Assembly (NCBI GenBank): GCA_001179505.1
Contig: CDMY01000318.1
Span: forward strand, 1-64,000
DNA: 64,000 nt
From: Vitrella brassicaformis CCMP3155
Lineage: Eukaryota; Protista; Chromerida
Direction of reading: 5' to 3'
This document shows, one piece after another, positions 59,204 to 64,000 of this stretch (its first letter is position 1; the number at the start of each line of letters is the position of its first letter). The translations under genes and the position numbers were made by a program. A model generated the notes under the pieces. It was not told the DNA's origin, made no database searches, and saw only the letters and a program-made list of their open reading frames with translations.

Positions 59204-61575
59204 ATGGAACGAAGGAGAAGACATGGGTCAACGTGACTGTCTGATATCGCCTCACAGGATGGTGAAGCGGCAGCGTCAGTTGATTCATGAATTCGATCCA
59301 TCTCTCTTTGCGAGCTCAATTGTGAGTTGCGAAGCGAAGGGCCAGAAGGGAAGCGCATTCCCGAGTCAATTCGCCGGCATAGATGCTCATCTCGGCGAAG
59401 CAGCGCCTCACTGCTATCCGGAAGGCTGCTGCGGAAAGCAGCGACTTCGAGCTTCGCCGCTTCCGCGTTGGCAAGGAGCGCCTCATCAAGCAAGGGAGGA
59501 AGCCGAGCAAACTGAAGGCAACCATCCTCATCGAGCGACTCGCGAAGAAGGAGATCATTGCTGAGGCCAGAAGGACCAACAAAGGGGATGACAAGAGCAG
59601 CAACCAAGGAGATGAAGGAGAGGAGCGCGAAGAGGAGGAAGACGGTGAATGGACTGACGACAGTGACCAAGATGACGCGGCTGACGATGTGAGTCGGGCA
59701 AGGATTCAGGCGACGAAGGCCAAGATCCTCTCGGCGATTCGCTCGCAGCCCGTTGCCCTTCCGCCATCCGAGTCCCCTGTGTGTCATGGCGTCCCTGGCA
59801 GCTCCCCCGCTCCCTCTGCCCCCCGCCTGCGAGGCCGCGGCAGCCACCACCTCTACGTGCGTGACTACGTGAGGCAGGAGCTCAGCGATGCCCTCAACAA
59901 AAAAGTGGAATCATTGCTCCAAGAGCTCGCTCGCTTCCAGCAGCGGGCCAAGACGGACAACCCACAGCGGTTTTCCAAGCTGAAGCGCTACGTCGCCGGC
60001 ATGAGCGAGAGCGAGAGGGCCATCAAAGAGGACCGGGCCAAGGCGCTGGTCGTGGCGCCAAACGTCGAGCCGAGTGTGTCTGCCGGCGGCCTGGACGACA
60101 TGATGCAGTCCCTCTTGGCTGAGTGCGAGCAGAGGAATGTGCCCGTGATTTTCGCCCTGAGTCGCAACCTGCTGGGGCGGGCCATCGGCAAGAACATGCG
60201 GCAGAGCGCGGTGTGCATCGTCAGCGCCGAGGGCGCCCACCAGCTGCTCAAGGAGAGCATTCAGATGGCCAACGAGCAGAGGGACGCCTTTGAGAGGAAG
60301 AGCCGGGCTTCTGACGCGACGACGGACGCGGGGTGCGCCTCTACACCAGCAGTGAGGGTGCACTACCCTTTGACGGAGGAGCATGAGCAGCCGGACGAGG
60401 CCGACATGACGCCCGAGCAGCTTGCTGCCATGGAGAGGCGTCGCGAGCACAACCGACGGAAGCGCGAGAAGAGGAAGGAGAAGAGGCGCAGCGAGGCTGC
60501 GGCTGCGACAGCAGTGGCAGACAACAAGACCGAGCCAGCACCCCCACCCTGCCCACAGGCACCCAGGACCCCCACACCCACCATGAGCGAGGCTCGACCG
60601 CCGCGGCCATCGGCGAGCAGCAGCAGCGTCGGCACGCGTCCCTCCCAGCCATCCAGTCTCGTCGACAGCAGCCGCTCTTTACTGCTCAACATGTATTCGT
60701 CGCAGCTGAGCAGGAGAGGCCGCAAAATGATCAAGCGCATCGAGTACAAGCAGCAGAAGGAGAGGGAGCGGTTGGCTGCTGAGGCCGAGAGCGGCCCAAC
60801 GGGCGAGGGGCGTCAAAGCAGGAAGCGCACACGCAGGAAAACAAAGCGAGCGGCAGGTGCATGCGAGGGGGGGGAGTGGGATGAAGAGGTCGACGACCAA
60901 GAGTCTGGGCAGCACGGCCGCGAGGCGCATGAGAGTGCTACCGCACCAGGCCCGCCAGTCCTTCGTCACGAGAATGGGCCTGCCAGCCGCGGTCGGTCTG
61001 GCGGTGTGGTGCGATCAGCGTGGGACGCTGGGCCGCCCTGCCTGCCACCAAAACCACCATCTGCGCCAGGTACGCATCATGCACACGGGACGACCATACA
61101 GCTGGCATAGCTCATGAATGCTATTCTTCTCTGCTCTGTGTGTGTGACAGCAGTGACAGCACGCGGAGCCAAGGCGCCGTTTGCCCCTGGCCGCCCTCCT
61201 TCCCTCCCCAGCACCAGCTGGCCGTCTCTGATGTCGCAAGACACCTGTTCCGACTGGAAGCCCAGCCATGCGTCCTCCAGGACGCCAGCCTCTGCATGGA
61301 CGAAAGACACTGCGCCGAGGGACGACAAGCCGACTGCTGGGCCAGCCCAACCACCCCCTTCTCGACACACCCTCGCCAACCGTGCGGACGACTTGTCGGC
61401 GACGTCAGAGGCGATATCGACGACGTCTATGCCGGCGAGTGTGTCGTCTGATGGGCCGATCATCTTGCCGCCTCCCAAGTGTGGTGTGCCGTTCCCAGGG
61501 GGCGGCGGCCAGAGGGGGAGAGGGGCGGGCAGGGGACGGGGAAGGGGACGAGCGAGTCGGGGATGGGACGGCTAG
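59204..61575 (+). CDS. SECISBP2: SECIS-binding protein 2-like (L7Ae domain)
   Basis: K-rich RKPSKLKATILIER, then YVRDYVRQEL..LLQELARFQQR..RYVAGMSE..APNVEP..GGLDD..VPVIFALSRNLLGRAIGK..SAVCI. The start is approximate. Last exon RGRGRGRGRASRGWDG*. Confidence 0.88.
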
Positions 61576-62032
61576 CTGACTGACGTACTTCGTCTGCGTG
61601 CGGTGCTTCATGGCAAGACTCGATGTACATATGTGATTCTGACAATCCCGCATGAATCACGGTATCTCACCTCTCTCCGGTCAAGGTCCACATCTGGCTA
61701 CCAGTCCTGAACCGAACGTCTCTTGATGATTCTCCCATCAGACGAGTCCAACCAAGCAGTCGGAAAAATTTTGTCAGTGCAAATGAGAGACCTAAGGTCA
61801 GTAGCACCACACCATATACCACAAGCACTCGAACACGTCGTCTGGCGAGCATGTCATCCGCCACGAACGGAGAGCAGTGGATCGCTCGACCCTAACCCTT
61901 CCAAAAAAATCCGTAACTGTCCGACCGCAACGGTGCGCCATTCCTGTCCCTCCCTCTGCCAAAGCTTTCCCAAAGCTGAATCGTCCCTTCCCTTTGTCCC
62001 CAGCGTTGCGCTCTGTGCAGCTGTCGCTCAAC

Positions 62033-63518
62033 ATGTCATCAACAACAATAACAACTCTCGTCATTGCCCTCGCCCTGTGCCTTTCCCGTGTGGCTGGGCA
62101 GTCGGCGCCTCTCAGCAGAGAATCAACGAGGATGAGCGGCGTCCCACACCAGTGGGTGGAGTGGGACTGCAACGCCCAGGGTAGGAGTGGTCAAGGGTCA
62201 CCAAACTGGCCTGCGCTGTTTGTTCAGAGGTGGGCACGATGAGAGAAGGAGATGAATGAGAACATCCATCCCCTGTGCTGTGTGTGTGTGCGTGTGTGTG
62301 TGTGTGTGTGTCCAAAGGGCCAACAACCCTAGCGCACCGGCCTCTGGCCTTGGTAGGCAAAGCGAAACAGGAAGCAACAGAAAGCAACCACACGCTTATT
62401 TGGCTTTCAGGCAGTATTGGGTGCGGCACTCAACTCTCTGGGAGAATCTCTCGCATTTATGCACACATTCTATACAGCCGGTATGATGTTCGACTGCAAG
62501 ACTCGCGAGGCACCAGGAACGAGAAGGTGAGGGAGGGAGGGAGGGAGAACTAAGGCTTCGACACTCTCAGGGTGTTTGTCCTGCGTGCCGCCTGCCTGCC
62601 TGCCTGCAGCACGTGACTCCTGAGTTCAAGGCAGCAGCATACGACAACGTGAGGGGGGGGGGGGTNNNNNNNNNNNNNNNNNNNNNNNNNNNNNNNNNNN
62701 NNNNNNNNNNNNNNNNNNNNNNNNNNNNNNNNNNNNNNNNNNNNNNNNNNNNNNNNNNNNNNNNNNNNNNNNNNNNNNNNNNNNNNNNNNNNNNNNNNNN
62801 NNNNNNNNNNNNNNNNNNNNNNNNNNNNNNNNNNNNNNNNNNNNNNNNNNNNNNNNNNNNNNNNNNNNNNNNNNNNNNNNNNNNNNNNNNNNNNNNNNNN
62901 NNNNNNNNNNNNNNNNNNNNNNNNNNNNNNNNNNNNNNNNNNNNNNNNNNNNNNNNNNNNNNNNNGTATTTGGCAAAGAGCGGTCGGTTATGTCACTTTT
63001 CTGTTCGTGTTCAGTTCGCCAAGCTGGGTCTAACGTCGTTCCAATTGGCCCCTGAGGAGGAGGAGGAGATGGCGATGAGCACCCAGGAGGAACTAGAGAA
63101 AGAACACATCGGTAAGTAAGTCCAGGTGACTTACGCGCCCACCTATGTTCGCTTACGTTTGCCTGTCTATATAGAGGTGACGGCCCGCGACCTGCAGCGA
63201 GTGTTTCCCGGTGGGTGAGAGCTGCAACTCGGCAGGCCACCAGTATGATCCATCTTTGATGTCTTTTCTCCTTCAGAGGCCGTGACGTCGGACCCTCAGA
63301 GCGGCAACAACGAGACAGACGTCTTCTACGTCGACATGGATTACATGAATTCCGTCCAGACTGTCGTGATCCAGCAGCTTCAGGAGCGCGTCAAGTCGCA
63401 GCAGGAGCGTCTCGAGGCTCTTGAGAAGAAGCTCGCCGACAATCAGTCGGAGCGTGAGAACGGCTTCATGAGCATGCTCGAACAAGCCCTGAAGGACTTC
63501 AGAGGCGGCCGGGACTAA
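62033..63518 (+). CDS. Secreted protein dominated by a peptidase-S74 (intramolecular chaperone) domain with degenerate catalytic residues
   Basis: Signal MSSTTITTLVIALALCLSRVAG. GSIGCGT..RISRIYA..YDVRLQ, then AAYDN|FAKLGLTSFQL, HI|EVTARDLQRVFP|EAV..VDMDYM..VIQQLQERV..LEALEKKL. The N gap appears to lie inside an intron. Confidence 0.7.
62666..62965. other. Assembly gap (300 N)
   Basis: Run of N. Confidence 1.
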
Positions 63519-64000
63519 ACTGATCTCTATGACTTACTGCCTGTCATGCCCCCTGCCTGAGCGAAATCACATGTATGCAATGTTACTTTCCTCGTGATCT
63601 TGCCGGTGGGTCAGTCAGTCTATGACCAGTCACTTTACTCAACGAGCGGACTGCCCACATCTCTGCATGGCGTCATGATGCATGGATTCAGTGGATTATC
63701 TGACTGTCTGCCTGTCTGTCTGTCTGGCTGTCTCGTATTGTATTTGTCCGTCTGATACCTCCAAACACCCGTACATATGCATGTGCTTCGGATCAGTCAG
63801 GGTCAGCCAGTCGTTCGTTGTCGGTGCATGTCTGCACTGTGCGTGCGTTGGCTTTTCCGGCACTGTAGTGGGTGAGTGTGCCGAAATTAGGAAGGGCGCC
63901 AAGCCGGTTGAGCCGTACGAAGTCCGTACAACGCAAGAGGGGAGATGGGGGGGGGTTGGGGGGACGGGAGGGGGCCGGGTCAGTTGGAATGTGACGGAAT

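Noticed and set aside
1-64000. tRNA, rRNA or snRNA genes
   Set aside because: None recognised by eye. A tRNAscan-SE/Infernal run would be needed to exclude them.

Overview
This is eukaryotic, GC-rich, intron-dense genomic DNA. The introns are short and packed with (GT)n, (CAGA)n, (GGAT)n and (CAGG)n microsatellites. The style resembles the chromerid alveolate Vitrella brassicaformis, but that is an inference from sequence style only. There are three 300-N gaps. By joining exons by eye I find about 20 genes. A housekeeping core lies at 25.9-39.1 kb (dihydrolipoamide succinyltransferase, Enhancer-of-polycomb-like, SmB, eIF3b), and an SBP2-like gene lies at 59-61.6 kb. Around these are unstable accessory regions. 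They include a kinase pseudogene frameshifted by an exact 8-bp duplication, a large inverted repeat (43.1-47.4 kb versus 55.5-59.1 kb) carrying two CDK-like genes with complementary lesions, and a dispersed element found three times downstream of kinase genes, one copy split by a 6.4-kb two-gene block. There is also a duplicated DUF4864-like gene, a tandemly duplicated SAM methyltransferase and a polycystin-1-like/GPS receptor. Several intron-bearing genes carry prokaryote- or phage-type domains: a signal-peptide zeta-toxin-like P-loop kinase, a Kazal-V8-like pseudoprotease, a peptidase-S74 chaperone protein with a degenerate dyad, and a tandem 'MGTRG...YDxYP' domain protein. No rRNA, tRNA or CRISPR array was seen. 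All domain calls come from motif recognition, with no database searches. Exon boundaries are manual, and several gene starts are approximate.
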